64,000 bases of DNA from Spirochaetia bacterium (GCA_963668315.1 OY764216.1:3104001-3168000); one strand, 5' to 3'; positions 30,145 through 40,686 are shown, counted from the stretch's first letter. The notes: a model not told the origin generated them from the letters alone. A program made the numbers and translations.

Positions 30145-31380
30145 TTATATTGAAAACTGTTTATCTATAGGACTGATAACGCTTAGTGATCTTCTTTGGG
30201 CAACATGGGTATAGATCATCGTCGTATTAACATCGTTATGACCCAATAATTCCTGTATGGTTCTGATATCATATCCCGCTTCCACCAGATGGGTCGCAAA
30301 ACTATGACGGAGAGTATGAATCGTTGCTTTTTTTGTGATTCCGCTCTCCTTAAGGGATCTATGGAAATCCCGTTGTAAGCCCGATGGATGCTGATGATAT
30401 CGGCATGGCCTCTGAAAATTATCGTCTATGATGACTCGCGATGAGGGGAAAAGCCAGAACCAATTCCATTCTTTGCAGGCATTTGGATATTTTTTGTGAA
30501 TTCTGTCAGGAAGCCATACGCCGGGCTTGTCATACAGCCTGTCTTCCTTATAGAGCTTTTCCGCTTCTGCCATGGCTTTCTTTAAATCGGAATTCAATGT
30601 TTCGGGGAGAACGGTGAATCTTTCTTTGTTTCCCTTGGCTCCATAGAGATGAATCACGTTTTTATTCAGATCCATATCTTTAATTCGTAAGCTTAGACAT
30701 TCGTTAAGACGTAAGCCCGATCCATAGATCAATCTGCCCATGAATCTATAATTATCTTTCATGAGGGAAAAGATCTGTTTTATTTCTTCAATCGTCAGAA
30801 CTACGGGCAGTTTCGGAGGAATATGACTCCTGACGGGCATATTCATTTTGGTTGTATCCCTGTGTAATATATAGCGAAACAGGAAGAGAAGCGCATGATA
30901 AGCCTGGTTCTGAGTTGACTGACTGACCATTTCTACAACGGCTAGATTGGTGATGAAATGTTCATAGTCGTTTATATCAACTTTGTCCGCCTCCTTTTGG
31001 GTATACACTTTAAACCGATTCAGCCAGAAGCAGTAGCTTTCGATGGTCTGTCGGGCTCGTCTCATTAAAAACATTTTTTCCCGTAATGTTTTCTCCATAA
31101 ATTCCCATGTTGTAATTGGGGTATCAGTATCTTCAGTAGGGGTCTTCTTTTCACTGATAAGGAACAAATTAATCGCTTCCGCAGCTTGTTTTACCTGCCA
31201 GTCAGGTTGTGAGAGTTCCAGAAAAGATAGAAACTTCTGCAATGCCTTAGTTGAATGATCACCTGTCTTTAGAAAAGTCAGATACCGTTCGGTCCACATG
31301 ATGTAGTATTTAATTTTTTCAGCTGGTATATGATTGAGAGACTTTAAATAGTGAATATATTCATCAAAGCGTGATTCCAT
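30145..31380 (-). CDS. intI: Integron integrase (tyrosine recombinase)
   Basis: YGSGLR, AKGNK, HTLRHSFATHL, LLGH, TMIYTHV, plus the integron-specific insert VWLPDRIHKKYPNACKEWNWFWLFPS. Confidence 0.96.
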   Translation of the reverse strand: MESRFDEYIHYLKSLNHIPAEKIKYYIMWTERYLTFLKTGDHSTKALQKFLSFLELSQPDWQVKQAAEAINLFLISEKKTPTEDTDTPITTWEFMEKTLREKMFLMRRARQTIESYCFWLNRFKVYTQKEADKVDINDYEHFITNLAVVEMVSQSTQNQAYHALLFLFRYILHRDTTKMNMPVRSHIPPKLPVVLTIEEIKQIFSLMKDNYRFMGRLIYGSGLRLNECLSLRIKDMDLNKNVIHLYGAKGNKERFTVLPETLNSDLKKAMAEAEKLYKEDRLYDKPGVWLPDRIHKKYPNACKEWNWFWLFPSSRVIIDDNFQRPCRYHQHPSGLQRDFHRSLKESGITKKATIHTLRHSFATHLVEAGYDIRTIQELLGHNDVNTTMIYTHVAQRRSLSVISPIDKQFSI

Positions 31381-31499
31381 AGCTTATTTATCCCCTTATA
31401 TTGAAACTATCTAATAGTTAATAGGAGGGATAAATTGTCAAAAAATGGAATTGGGGTTAATATGTTTCATATATTCTCTGTTTATTTTATGAATTATGG

Positions 31500-31527
31500 G
31501 GAAAATAAGTCAAGGAATAAGTTATCT
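31500..31527 (+). other. attI site, crossover G|TTATCT at 31521
   Basis: GTTATCT is the exact reverse complement of the first cassette's inverse core AGATAAC (36703); lies just upstream of intI. Confidence 0.75.
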
Positions 31528-31535
31528 TTACAAAA

Positions 31536-32852
31536 GGTAACAACCATAGACCAACCCTACAAATAGAGAAGGACATCGCTTACAATTAATAGACATATTA
31601 GGATTCCGATTAGGAGGATAATATGTCACTTATGGAGATAACGATTATGGATCAGAAGAAGGAATTCATTTTGTTATGGCTCTCAGGGAAGCAAAGCTTC
31701 AGTAAGCTCTGTAGGGATTTCAACATTGCCCGTACCACCGGCTATCATTATGTTGAGAAATACAAGAAATGGGGAATGGACGGGCTTGCCAATCGCTCTA
31801 CCAGGCCCCATACATCACCAACACAAACGCCCCAACAAATAGTCGATAGAATCATCCAAATTAGGACAACGGGCCATACGAAAGGTTGGGGTGGTAAGAA
31901 GATCCTCTGGCAGCTTGAGCAGGATGGCGTGTATAAAGATCTGCCTGCCGTTTCTACTATAAATCTTATTCTCAGACGAAATGATCTCATCCCTGAAAGA
32001 AAGAAAAGAAGTAGGGTCGAGCCCCGAAAACCAATCTTTGATCCCCATGAACCTAATGAAGTCTGGAGTGCCGATTTCAAAGGTCAGTTCAGATTAAAGA
32101 ATGGGGAGATCTGTTATCCCTTGACCATTTGCGATAGCAAAACAAGAATGATTCTGGCTATAAAAGGACTCCGGAAACCCGATTTTGAGGGAACTAAAGC
32201 CGCTTTCAGACGTGTATTTAAAGATTATGGACTTCCCAAGCAGTTGCATACAGACAATGGAACACCCTTTGGAAACATCAGAGCAATAGGTCGTTTGACC
32301 AGGTTCGGAGCTTGGCTCATGGATCTTGGAATCGAGCCTATTTTCTCGGATCCGGGCCATCCGGAACAGAACGGACGACATGAAAGGATGCATCGTGATC
32401 TTAAGTCTGCCGCCTGTCGTAATCCCAGTAAGAATCTGCAATCGCAGCAGGTCCGCTTTAATAGCTTTAAAAAGAATTACAACGAGAATCGTCCCCATGA
32501 GTCATTGAATATGAGTACGCCAGCACAGGTTTATAGTAAATCAAAGATAGCCTACAAGGATAAAATTGATGAATGGCTTTATCCGGAAACCTATATGGTA
32601 AAGTATATCTGTGGTAACGGAATCATCCGGGTAGGGAAGGACGGAGCAATCTTTGTTGGCTCAGCCTTGAAGGGGAAAAAGGTTGGTTTAGAACCTTTGG
32701 GAAATGAAATTTACAGACTCTATTACCGTGATTTTCTTCTTGGATATATAGATTGGAATAATTATAAGGCGTATGATATTAATGACAGAAGCTATGGATC
32801 AGAACTGTATACCAAGTCCTAATCTATCTGTAGGGGAAGTCTAGTTTGCACA
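31536..32852 (+). mobile_element. IS481-family element, type A copy 1 (1317 bp)
   Basis: Imperfect IRs GGTAACAACCATAGAC... / ...GTCTAGTTTGCACA; 3-bp TSD AAA. Confidence 0.88.
31623..32822 (+). CDS. IS481-family DDE transposase
   Basis: HTH; WSADFKG, HTDNG, QNGRHERMHR, YNENRPHESL. Confidence 0.92.
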   Translation: MSLMEITIMDQKKEFILLWLSGKQSFSKLCRDFNIARTTGYHYVEKYKKWGMDGLANRSTRPHTSPTQTPQQIVDRIIQIRTTGHTKGWGGKKILWQLEQDGVYKDLPAVSTINLILRRNDLIPERKKRSRVEPRKPIFDPHEPNEVWSADFKGQFRLKNGEICYPLTICDSKTRMILAIKGLRKPDFEGTKAAFRRVFKDYGLPKQLHTDNGTPFGNIRAIGRLTRFGAWLMDLGIEPIFSDPGHPEQNGRHERMHRDLKSAACRNPSKNLQSQQVRFNSFKKNYNENRPHESLNMSTPAQVYSKSKIAYKDKIDEWLYPETYMVKYICGNGIIRVGKDGAIFVGSALKGKKVGLEPLGNEIYRLYYRDFLLGYIDWNNYKAYDINDRSYGSELYTKS

Positions 32853-32918
32853 AAAGGTTTGATTCTTAATGAGAATAGTATTGTTAATCTAAATAATGCT
32901 CAACAGAAGGAAAAATTA

Positions 32919-35900
32919 ATGGAAGAAGAGAAATTATATGTTCTATTGGATACAAATATCTGGATTTATCTTCTTGAAATTAATTCTTCGAATGAAAACT
33001 TTATTACAAACTTCTTCGAATATGTTCGTCAAGATTATATAAAATTATTATTACCAGAGATTATTTTAACTGAATGGGATAGGCATAAGGAGGAGAAGAA
33101 AAAAGAGTTAAGGAAAAATTGGAATAACTTTTTTGTAATGGCTGAAAAAATAATTGATAGGGGTGTTTTAAGCCAATATAAAAAACCTGGAATAATTAGC
33201 CAGAACATTGATTCCCGATTTGAACAAATAGAAGATATAATTAATAACTTTTCAATTAAATTAGAAATTACTGATAGTATTAAAATCAAATCAACGAAAT
33301 TAGCAGAAGAGCATAAAGCACCTTTCCATGGAAAAACAAATAGTATTTGTGATGCTTTCATCTATTTAGCATTTGTAGATTATATTAAAAGTAATGAAAT
33401 CCTGGAAGCATATTTTATTAGCTCAAATACAAGTGATTTCAGTAAGGAAACAAAAAGGGAAAATAAAAAAATAATTCATCCAGATCTAGCAGAGCCTTTT
33501 ACAGAATACAAGGTGAAATACTTTATTGATCACAATGAAGCGCTTTATAGAATAGATGACCATTTTAAGAAAAGAAATATAGTATTAACTCAAGCAAGTG
33601 ATAGAAGAGTTGTCTCTTTCATTAGTTCTGAAGCTGAGGAAGAAATTGCAGATCTACCAGATATTTATCTTGAAAACATTGCTCATCTAGATTTGATAAT
33701 AAAAAAAGATACTCCAACAAAACAAGAAACGATATTTGCATTCACATTAATAGAAAGTAGTGATCATTATAAAAACTATTTCCTTAATAGAATTGATTCA
33801 TATTCATGGTTAGAACTTCTAAAAAAGAGAGGGTATTTAGAGCCTAATAAGAATCCTGATCTGATTGAAACAGAGAAAGGTTTTCAAACTCCTTTTTGGA
33901 CAATACTATCATATTTAGAAAAAATATCGAGAAAAGCAAAAGACGAAAATGATTTAGATATATTTGAAGCATTATTGGAATTTGTACTTAGCATATTTCA
34001 GAACCCAAAAGATAATTACCATACTTGGACTAGTCTAATTCGGATAATCTCAGACCTCCCAAACGAAAAAGTTCCTAAAGAATTATTAAGAAAAATAGAA
34101 ATATGCTTTTCTGGTAAATTTGATCCATTAACACAATCCTCTGATTTCATGGATCGATTATTACCTAAATTTTTGAAAAACGTATCTACTGTTGATGATG
34201 TTGAAAAGGCTGGAATACTAATTGATCTAATGCTATCTCTTAAGAAGAGAGATTTTGTTGAGTCTGAGAACACATTTATTACTCCCAAATATTATGTATC
34301 ATATATTGATTTATATTATTTGAATGAGTTCCTAAAAAGTGATTTATTCTGTTTAGTTGCAAGATTGGATATAGAAGAAATCATTGTAAATGCATGTTTA
34401 AATATTAAAAAAATACTCCTTAATTATGATATTGAGAAAGATATCATATTTAACTCAGAAGATAGCAATATAAAAATCACATATACTGAAGATGACTTAA
34501 AATTATTCTTTATAAAAGAAGATAGACAAATTATTATTGAAAGATATAACTCCTTGAAAGAAGAAGAAATAAGGCAAGTACTGTGCAGAGAACTAGAAGA
34601 AGAATTATTGACATTTGAATTAGATAGTTTAGTCGATTTAATATTTGATGAGAATTCATGGATTTGGTTAAATTCTATGTTTGATAGGACAGATGATTCC
34701 TATATTGAAAGAGATTCTAAGGAATTCATTACTATGTCAATTCTTAAGATAATTGATTTAGCTATACTTGATCGTTCGGAGATAGTTATTCAGATTATAG
34801 AAAAGCTATTTACCGAACCACAATTTAATTATCCATATTTTAAAAATATTGGTTTCTACGTTATTGGAAAATATTGGGTCGAGCATTTTAATACTGTATT
34901 TTGGTATGTTATAGGCGAAGGCGATCCTCAAAACTACTTTACTAAAGATGCATATCGACATGTCATATATAATGTTATTTCTAAAAATAATAATATTTTA
35001 TCAACAGTTGATAAAGAAAGAATTAACAAAATTATTAGCCAAGGACCTAAATCGATTTTAAAAGATTTTCCAGAAGATTATACAGAAAGATGGGAAAAAT
35101 TTTGGAAATCTTCTCTTGATATTAAACCTGATACTGATGATGAAAATAGTAGTATTTTGGGCGGATTTAGAACTATTGGAGAGATCTCTCCATACGCTAT
35201 CGAAGATTTACTCGTATTAAGCAATATGGAAATAGTGCAAAGAGTAATTGATTTTAAACAAGAATCTCATTTTGAAGGGCCATCAACAAGTGGATTAATG
35301 AAAACACTTGAAACTCTAAGTAGTAATTATCCCGAGAAGATGTCAAAAGATATGAATGTTTTTTACAATCTTCCATATCTATATTTTTATGGAATCTTAT
35401 CGGGCTTACGAAAAGCTTGGGAAGAAAAAAAGATGATTAACTGGAATAATGTTTTTTCTTTTATCAACCAGTATTTATCAAGTGAGCGATTGAGGAGTAA
35501 TGAATTTATAATTGAAGGTGATTTATGGAATTGTGATAATAATTGGATAATAGGTGCAATCGCAGAATTAATCCAAAGCGGTACAGCAAAAGATGATAAT
35601 TCTATTCCTTTAGAGAATGTTAATGATGCAGTTACAATTCTAAGAAATTTAATTTCATATATCCCTAAAGATCAAGAAATAGATCCAAACTATCGAGATT
35701 GGCCAAGTTATTCTCTAAATTCAACGGCTGGCAAAGTAATCCATGCAATGGTTAATACTGCATTGTTTATTGGAAGGAATCAATTAAAAGATCATGATAT
35801 TAAATGGGAGGATAATACTAAAACTCTGTTTGATATTGTCAGGACCAAAGGTGTTGTTGATTTTTATATAATTACTGGACAATACATCAACCAATTTTAT

Positions 35901-36695
35901 TATTTAGACAAAGTATGGATCTTAGATTTACTAAAAGATTATGAGCAAATTGATGATAAGTATTGGTGGCCTTTTATTAAAGGATTGAGTTATACAAATG
36001 TTAGAAAAATTCAGGAGTTGTTCTTAGGGATTAAACCACATATTAGAAAGTATGTTGAGTTGAGATTTGATTCTGAAACGAACATTACGAAACGAATACC
36101 AGAATCTATTATCCTGTATTACTTGTGGGGATTTATTGATTTTGAAAATGAAATGATTATGAATCCTTTTCTCGAAACTATAAATAGCGTTGAAGTAAAT
36201 GATATTAGTCATTGGCTAACTAATCAAAAAGATTCAATTAGAAATATTTCTGATGAAGAAGAAAGAGAGTCTATATATAGCAAAATATTTAAATTGTGGA
36301 ACTATTTAATAGAGAAAAAAATAGCCAATACTCAAAGTAATCTATTAGCGTATATTTGCTTTGTTGAAGAATTTACACCATTTCATTTTGATCTAATTAT
36401 AAGATCAATAGATGAACTTTCTATCTTCAATTATCAGACTAGGACTTTTTTTAATGAGTTAAATAGATTAAAGGAAATTGGAAATAAGAATCAAAACGCA
36501 GATTACATCGGGCAAATCTTTGAGAAATTAATATCAGGAGAATCAGATGGATTCATGTATAATGAGATTAATGAATTAATTGAGTTCTTATACTTAAATA
36601 ATCAAAAAGGTATTGCTGATAAAGTTAGCAATGAATGTGCAAAAGTAGGAAATTTTAAATTAAGAGAATTATACGACAAATACAATAGACAATAA
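32919..36695 (+). CDS. Cassette 1: PIN-domain protein with very long helical C-terminal region
   Basis: LLDTNIW...E...DAFI...SSNTSDF PIN acidic set; about 1000 further aa look helical. Confidence 0.78.
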   Translation: MEEEKLYVLLDTNIWIYLLEINSSNENFITNFFEYVRQDYIKLLLPEIILTEWDRHKEEKKKELRKNWNNFFVMAEKIIDRGVLSQYKKPGIISQNIDSRFEQIEDIINNFSIKLEITDSIKIKSTKLAEEHKAPFHGKTNSICDAFIYLAFVDYIKSNEILEAYFISSNTSDFSKETKRENKKIIHPDLAEPFTEYKVKYFIDHNEALYRIDDHFKKRNIVLTQASDRRVVSFISSEAEEEIADLPDIYLENIAHLDLIIKKDTPTKQETIFAFTLIESSDHYKNYFLNRIDSYSWLELLKKRGYLEPNKNPDLIETEKGFQTPFWTILSYLEKISRKAKDENDLDIFEALLEFVLSIFQNPKDNYHTWTSLIRIISDLPNEKVPKELLRKIEICFSGKFDPLTQSSDFMDRLLPKFLKNVSTVDDVEKAGILIDLMLSLKKRDFVESENTFITPKYYVSYIDLYYLNEFLKSDLFCLVARLDIEEIIVNACLNIKKILLNYDIEKDIIFNSEDSNIKITYTEDDLKLFFIKEDRQIIIERYNSLKEEEIRQVLCRELEEELLTFELDSLVDLIFDENSWIWLNSMFDRTDDSYIERDSKEFITMSILKIIDLAILDRSEIVIQIIEKLFTEPQFNYPYFKNIGFYVIGKYWVEHFNTVFWYVIGEGDPQNYFTKDAYRHVIYNVISKNNNILSTVDKERINKIISQGPKSILKDFPEDYTERWEKFWKSSLDIKPDTDDENSSILGGFRTIGEISPYAIEDLLVLSNMEIVQRVIDFKQESHFEGPSTSGLMKTLETLSSNYPEKMSKDMNVFYNLPYLYFYGILSGLRKAWEEKKMINWNNVFSFINQYLSSERLRSNEFIIEGDLWNCDNNWIIGAIAELIQSGTAKDDNSIPLENVNDAVTILRNLISYIPKDQEIDPNYRDWPSYSLNSTAGKVIHAMVNTALFIGRNQLKDHDIKWEDNTKTLFDIVRTKGVVDFYIITGQYINQFYYLDKVWILDLLKDYEQIDDKYWWPFIKGLSYTNVRKIQELFLGIKPHIRKYVELRFDSETNITKRIPESIILYYLWGFIDFENEMIMNPFLETINSVEVNDISHWLTNQKDSIRNISDEEERESIYSKIFKLWNYLIEKKIANTQSNLLAYICFVEEFTPFHFDLIIRSIDELSIFNYQTRTFFNELNRLKEIGNKNQNADYIGQIFEKLISGESDGFMYNEINELIEFLYLNNQKGIADKVSNECAKVGNFKLRELYDKYNRQ

Positions 36696-36702
36696 ATATG
36701 AA

Positions 36703-36837
36703 AGATAACAAAGCCATGCAACAGAACCAATTTTTGTCATGCTTTTTGCCTTCGGCCGTTCAGTCACTGACCGTTCCTTCACTCAAAAAGCACGCCAACC
36801 CTTCGGGACAATTGGTCAGCTGATGGCGGCGTTATAT
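36703..36837 (+). repeat. attC 1
   Basis: AGATAAC...TGTCA...CGCCA...GGC GTTATAT. Confidence 0.9.
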
Positions 36838-36865
36838 GGATTAAAGGAAAGATATATAGTGTAAC

Positions 36866-38188
36866 ATGAATACAGTAGAGGTAGGAAACAAGTTCGAAGA
36901 TAAGATCTTTGAAAAATTTAATATCTTACTCGAAAATGATGAACTCTTTATTAATAAGAAATTTTCTAAACTTATACGAAAACCAAGATATCATTCTATT
37001 CATCGAGAGGCCGAAATTGAATTTGATATCTCCATAGAAACAGAAAATATTTCATTGAATCAAAAATCACTAATAACAATAATTGAATGTAAAAAGTATT
37101 CTAATTCTAAAGTTCCTATCGATGATATAGAAGAATTTTCTAATAAACTTAAACAAGTTGGTGCTCATAAGGGAATTGTATGTACAACAAAGGGATTTCA
37201 GAAGAGCTGTATACCTTTTGCACGAAATAATGGAATTGCGCTTGCTCGTATTTCTCCCACTGATGAAATAATATGGGATCTGTGTCGAATGCAGAATAAG
37301 CAAATTAAATCATCAGATATTGAATCAAGAATTATTAACACTCTTACTGATGATGAAGTTAAGATTCCTGAAGGTTTTTTCTGTTACATAGATAACTATA
37401 AATACTCATATTCAATACTTAGTTTATTGGAAAGCATCGGTTATCAAATAAAAGAAGATCATTCAAATTTACTTAAACTTAAAATAACTCCGCCATTTAT
37501 AACAGAGAATGAAATCCATGAACAGATATTAGATCTATTCAAAGATAATCAGTGTCAATATAACCCTTATAATTACTTAAAAGAATATGACAAATTGATG
37601 GAGAAATTAGTTCATGATTTAAACATCACGTCTAATTGTGATTTAGGAATTGATAGAAATTGTAATCCTGTAATTGGAAAAATATCACAAGGTAATATCT
37701 ATATTTCGAGTAAGATAAATTACAATGATGGTAGGTTGCATTTTACTTTAAATCATGAATTAGCTCATAAATTATTTCATATGAATCAACCATGGTTTGA
37801 ACAGTATTCAAAAAAGCATCTTGATGTAGATTTAGAAAATCAAAATCTAAATTTAAAACCTGAATCAATAAGAAAAGTAGAATTTCAAGCAAATAAGTTC
37901 GCTGCAAATATTTTATTACCCGATGAAGTTTTACATTCAATAATGGATGAAATTATAAAGAAAGAAAAATTAATTGATAAAGGATTTGGATTAATATACG
38001 TTGATCATCAGAATGCAAATCGAAAACATCTGAATAAAATAGTTAGTATGATTAGGCAGAAGACAAGGGCTTCCAAATATGTAATTGAAATAAAACTAGA
38101 AAGGCTTGGATATTTAAAAAATAGGTCCAAAAAAAGAAATGCGTTGAATACCATAATAAAAAACATTGAATCAAAATATACCATATAA
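36866..38188 (+). CDS. Cassette 2: Mrr-like PD-(D/E)xK nuclease fused to ImmA/IrrE (M78) metallopeptidase
   Basis: GNKFE, EFDI, IIECKKY, GFQ; C-terminal FTLNHELAH and EFQANKFAANILLP. Confidence 0.82.
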   Translation: MNTVEVGNKFEDKIFEKFNILLENDELFINKKFSKLIRKPRYHSIHREAEIEFDISIETENISLNQKSLITIIECKKYSNSKVPIDDIEEFSNKLKQVGAHKGIVCTTKGFQKSCIPFARNNGIALARISPTDEIIWDLCRMQNKQIKSSDIESRIINTLTDDEVKIPEGFFCYIDNYKYSYSILSLLESIGYQIKEDHSNLLKLKITPPFITENEIHEQILDLFKDNQCQYNPYNYLKEYDKLMEKLVHDLNITSNCDLGIDRNCNPVIGKISQGNIYISSKINYNDGRLHFTLNHELAHKLFHMNQPWFEQYSKKHLDVDLENQNLNLKPESIRKVEFQANKFAANILLPDEVLHSIMDEIIKKEKLIDKGFGLIYVDHQNANRKHLNKIVSMIRQKTRASKYVIEIKLERLGYLKNRSKKRNALNTIIKNIESKYTI

Positions 38189-38283
38189 CAAAGTTTTGAA
38201 CATTGATTCGCCTACTGTCATAGAAGCTGCTTACGCACCTTCTACGCCAGCTTTACGGCTCACAAGTTAAAACGGCGTTATAG
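38183..38283 (+). repeat. attC 2
   Basis: ATATAAC...GTTATAG; inverse core matches the cassette start GTTATATGG. Confidence 0.9.
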
Positions 38284-38342
38284 TGACAAAACCTAGAAAA
38301 TTAACATATTTACAAATATTATAGAAAAAAAACTCAAAGAAA

Positions 38343-38371
38343 TTGATTAATTGTAATACTATAGTTATACT
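38343..38371 (+). promoter_or_regulatory. TA cassette promoter (leaderless) with overlapping imperfect palindrome
   Basis: TTGATT-17bp-TATACT, 6 nt before ATG 38378. Confidence 0.65.
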
Positions 38372-38377
38372 TTAGAT

Positions 38378-38620
38378 ATGAAAACTGCAATATCAATTCC
38401 AGATCAATTATTCAATGATGCTGAAGTAACTGCAAAACAGTTAGGTCTAGCTAGAAGTCAACTCTATGTAAAAGCCATAAAAGAATATATTGAACATCAT
38501 AACAAAGATAAAATTACCGAGAAATTGAATGAACTTTATTCAATACAGGTGAATGATAATGAAATCTTAGATATTGGTGTTGAACAATTAAGAAAGGCTA
38601 CAGAAAATGATACGTGGTGA
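38378..38620 (+). CDS. Cassette 3: RHH antitoxin (ChpI/MazE-like)
   Basis: MKTAISIPD.LF..AE..A.QLG..RSQLY..A; overlaps the toxin gene. Confidence 0.87.
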   Translation: MKTAISIPDQLFNDAEVTAKQLGLARSQLYVKAIKEYIEHHNKDKITEKLNELYSIQVNDNEILDIGVEQLRKATENDTW

Positions 38621-38948
38621 AATATGGTGGGTTGATTTAGGAATCCCATTTGGAAGTGAACCTGGTTACAAAAGACCTGTTTTGATAATACAAGATGATT
38701 CTTTTAACAAAAGCAAAATACAAACAGTAATTGTTGCCTCGATAACATCAAATATAAATTTAGCTGATGCTCCAGGCAATATTTATTTAGAAAAAGAGGA
38801 ATCAAAATTATCAAAAGATAGTGTAATAAACATTTCACAAATAACAACATTGGATAGACAACGATTATTAGAGAAAGTTTCCATACTTTCACAAACTACG
38901 ATGAATGAAGTTGATTATGGTTTAAGACTTATTTTCAATTTACAATAA
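38607..38948 (+). CDS. Cassette 3: PemK/MazF family endoribonuclease toxin
   Basis: RGEIWWVDL..P.GSEPG.KRPVLIIQ.D.FN. Confidence 0.93.
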   Translation: MIRGEIWWVDLGIPFGSEPGYKRPVLIIQDDSFNKSKIQTVIVASITSNINLADAPGNIYLEKEESKLSKDSVINISQITTLDRQRLLEKVSILSQTTMNEVDYGLRLIFNLQ

Positions 38949-39139
38949 GAAATAAGAAATAAGAAATAAGAAATAAGAAATAAGAAATAAGAAATAAGAA
39001 ATAAGAAATAAGAAATAAGAAATAAGAAATAAGAAATAAGAAATAAGAAATAAGAAATAAGAAATAAGAAATAAGAAATAAGAAATAAGAAATAAGAAAT
39101 AAGAAATAAGAAATAAGAAATAAGAAATAAGAAATAAGA
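38944..39139 (+). repeat. Tandem repeat (AATAAGA)x28
   Basis: Perfect heptamer array starting at the toxin stop codon. Confidence 0.95.
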
Positions 39140-39322
39140 AAATTTCCGCCAGAATTTGAGAAAAGCAATAAATAAGAATTATTTCTCTTTCTATAAAGAA
39201 TAACCCATTGTAAAATAAAAAGAGCACTATAACAAACGTTTGAACTTGATTCGCCTACTGTCATATGATGAGCCCTCGTGTCAAACCACTTTTTCAAAAT
39301 TAATAAGTGGAATCCTCCGATA

Positions 39323-40156
39323 TCAAGCTGCCTGATCCTTCCCAATCTGGAAGGACTCATAAACATCATCAGGAGTTAAATAACCAAGCCCCTGATGAAA
39401 TCTTTTCCCGTTGTAGAAGCGAAAGTATTTCTGTATCCCTTTCTTCAACTCCCGGACATTCTCATAGGATCGGAGATAGATATCCTCGTATTTTAAACTA
39501 CGCCAAAGACGTTCCACATAGATGTTGTCACGCCAGCTTCCCTGACCATCCATACTGATTCTGACTCCCGCTTCCTGGAGCGGTTTCAAAAAAGCATATG
39601 AAGTAAATTGACACCCCTGATCCGTATTAAAGATCGCCGGCGTTCCATATTTATCCATAGCTTCCTTTACGGCGGCGATACAGAACTCAGAATCCAAAGT
39701 AGTAGAGATCTTCCAGGTTAATACCTTACGGCTCCAGACGTCCATTATGGCTACAAGGTAGGCAAATCCCTTATCCATTTTAAGATAGGTGATATCAGTG
39801 GCCCAAACCTGATTGGGATAGCGGATTCTTTTTCCCTTTAAAAGATAAGGATAGATGGGATTCTGCTTATTGGGGATAGAGGTAAATTTTCTGGGAGAAA
39901 TAGCCCGTAAGCCTAATTCTCTCATAAGACGGCGAACTCGCTTTCTGCTTGTATTATAGCCTTCTGAATTCAATTCCTCAGCCATTTTTCGATAACCATA
40001 GAATGGGATCTGAATGAAAAGTTCTTTAAGGCGAATCTTCTCTTCTATATCTTTCCGATCTTCCGGTTTGGGATCATAGTAATAAGCCGTCCTGCTGACA
40101 TTGAGAATTTTACATTGCTTCCGGACAGACAATTTCCTATGATCCGGCTCTATCAT
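39323..40156 (-). CDS. IS3 transposase OrfB
   Basis: [25 protein letters not shown]. Confidence 0.93.
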   Translation of the reverse strand: MIEPDHRKLSVRKQCKILNVSRTAYYYDPKPEDRKDIEEKIRLKELFIQIPFYGYRKMAEELNSEGYNTSRKRVRRLMRELGLRAISPRKFTSIPNKQNPIYPYLLKGKRIRYPNQVWATDITYLKMDKGFAYLVAIMDVWSRKVLTWKISTTLDSEFCIAAVKEAMDKYGTPAIFNTDQGCQFTSYAFLKPLQEAGVRISMDGQGSWRDNIYVERLWRSLKYEDIYLRSYENVRELKKGIQKYFRFYNGKRFHQGLGYLTPDDVYESFQIGKDQAA

Positions 40157-40455
40157 TTGTAATCCTTCCCGTATAGTTGTTTGTACTTTTTTTTTAGAAA
40201 TTCGTTCACATAATTAGCTTCACCCAGCTGCTTGAAAAGTTCCTGCTCTTTTTTCTTCATTTCTTCCAGTTCTTTGTCTTTTTTATTCTTTCGGACAAAG
40301 AGGGAACTGGCATTTTCCATAAGCTGTTTTTTCCACATACTGATCTGGTTCGGATGTACTTCATATTCCTCAGCCAGTTCCTGAAGAGTTTTTTCTTCCT
40401 TTAACGCTTCCAGTGCTACTTTCGCTTTGAACTCTTCATCGAATTTTCTCTTCAT
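40153..40455 (-). CDS. IS3 transposase OrfA
   Basis: [13 protein letters not shown]9G slippery run near the 3' end. Confidence 0.92.
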   Translation of the reverse strand: MKRKFDEEFKAKVALEALKEEKTLQELAEEYEVHPNQISMWKKQLMENASSLFVRKNKKDKELEEMKKKEQELFKQLGEANYVNEFLKKKYKQLYGKDYK

Positions 40456-40686
40456 TGATTTTCTCCCTTTTCATATTATCATGAATCGGGAATTCCAACT
40501 TAAATATTTAAAGTACTGGTTTACCCTGTGGGCTCAGCATATCATGCTTTTTGCTTTCGCAAAAAACACGCCAGCTAACGGCTCACAAGTTAAACGGGCG
40601 TTATGTTGAAATAAGCGTCTGTTTAATATAGGGTATTAATAAATCTGTTCCAAAATAGATAAAATGGGGAAAGGAATGAGAAAAAT

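Larger units (their letters stand above)
39264..40541 (-). mobile_element. IS3-family element copy 1 (1278 bp)
   Basis: IRs TATGCTGAGCCC / TATGATGAGCCC; TSD TCA. Confidence 0.93.
39227..40606 (+). repeat. attC 3, split by IS3 (39227-39263 and 40542-40606)
   Basis: The two halves rejoin to match intact attC 8. Confidence 0.88.

Noticed and set aside
38944..39139. Type III TA (ToxI-like) RNA antitoxin array
   Set aside because: Units are 7 nt and lie downstream of the toxin, and a protein antitoxin is present
38935..39369. Minus-strand ORFs with (FLISYFL)n, also at 49282-49665
   Set aside because: Artefact of the heptamer repeat lacking stop codons on that strand
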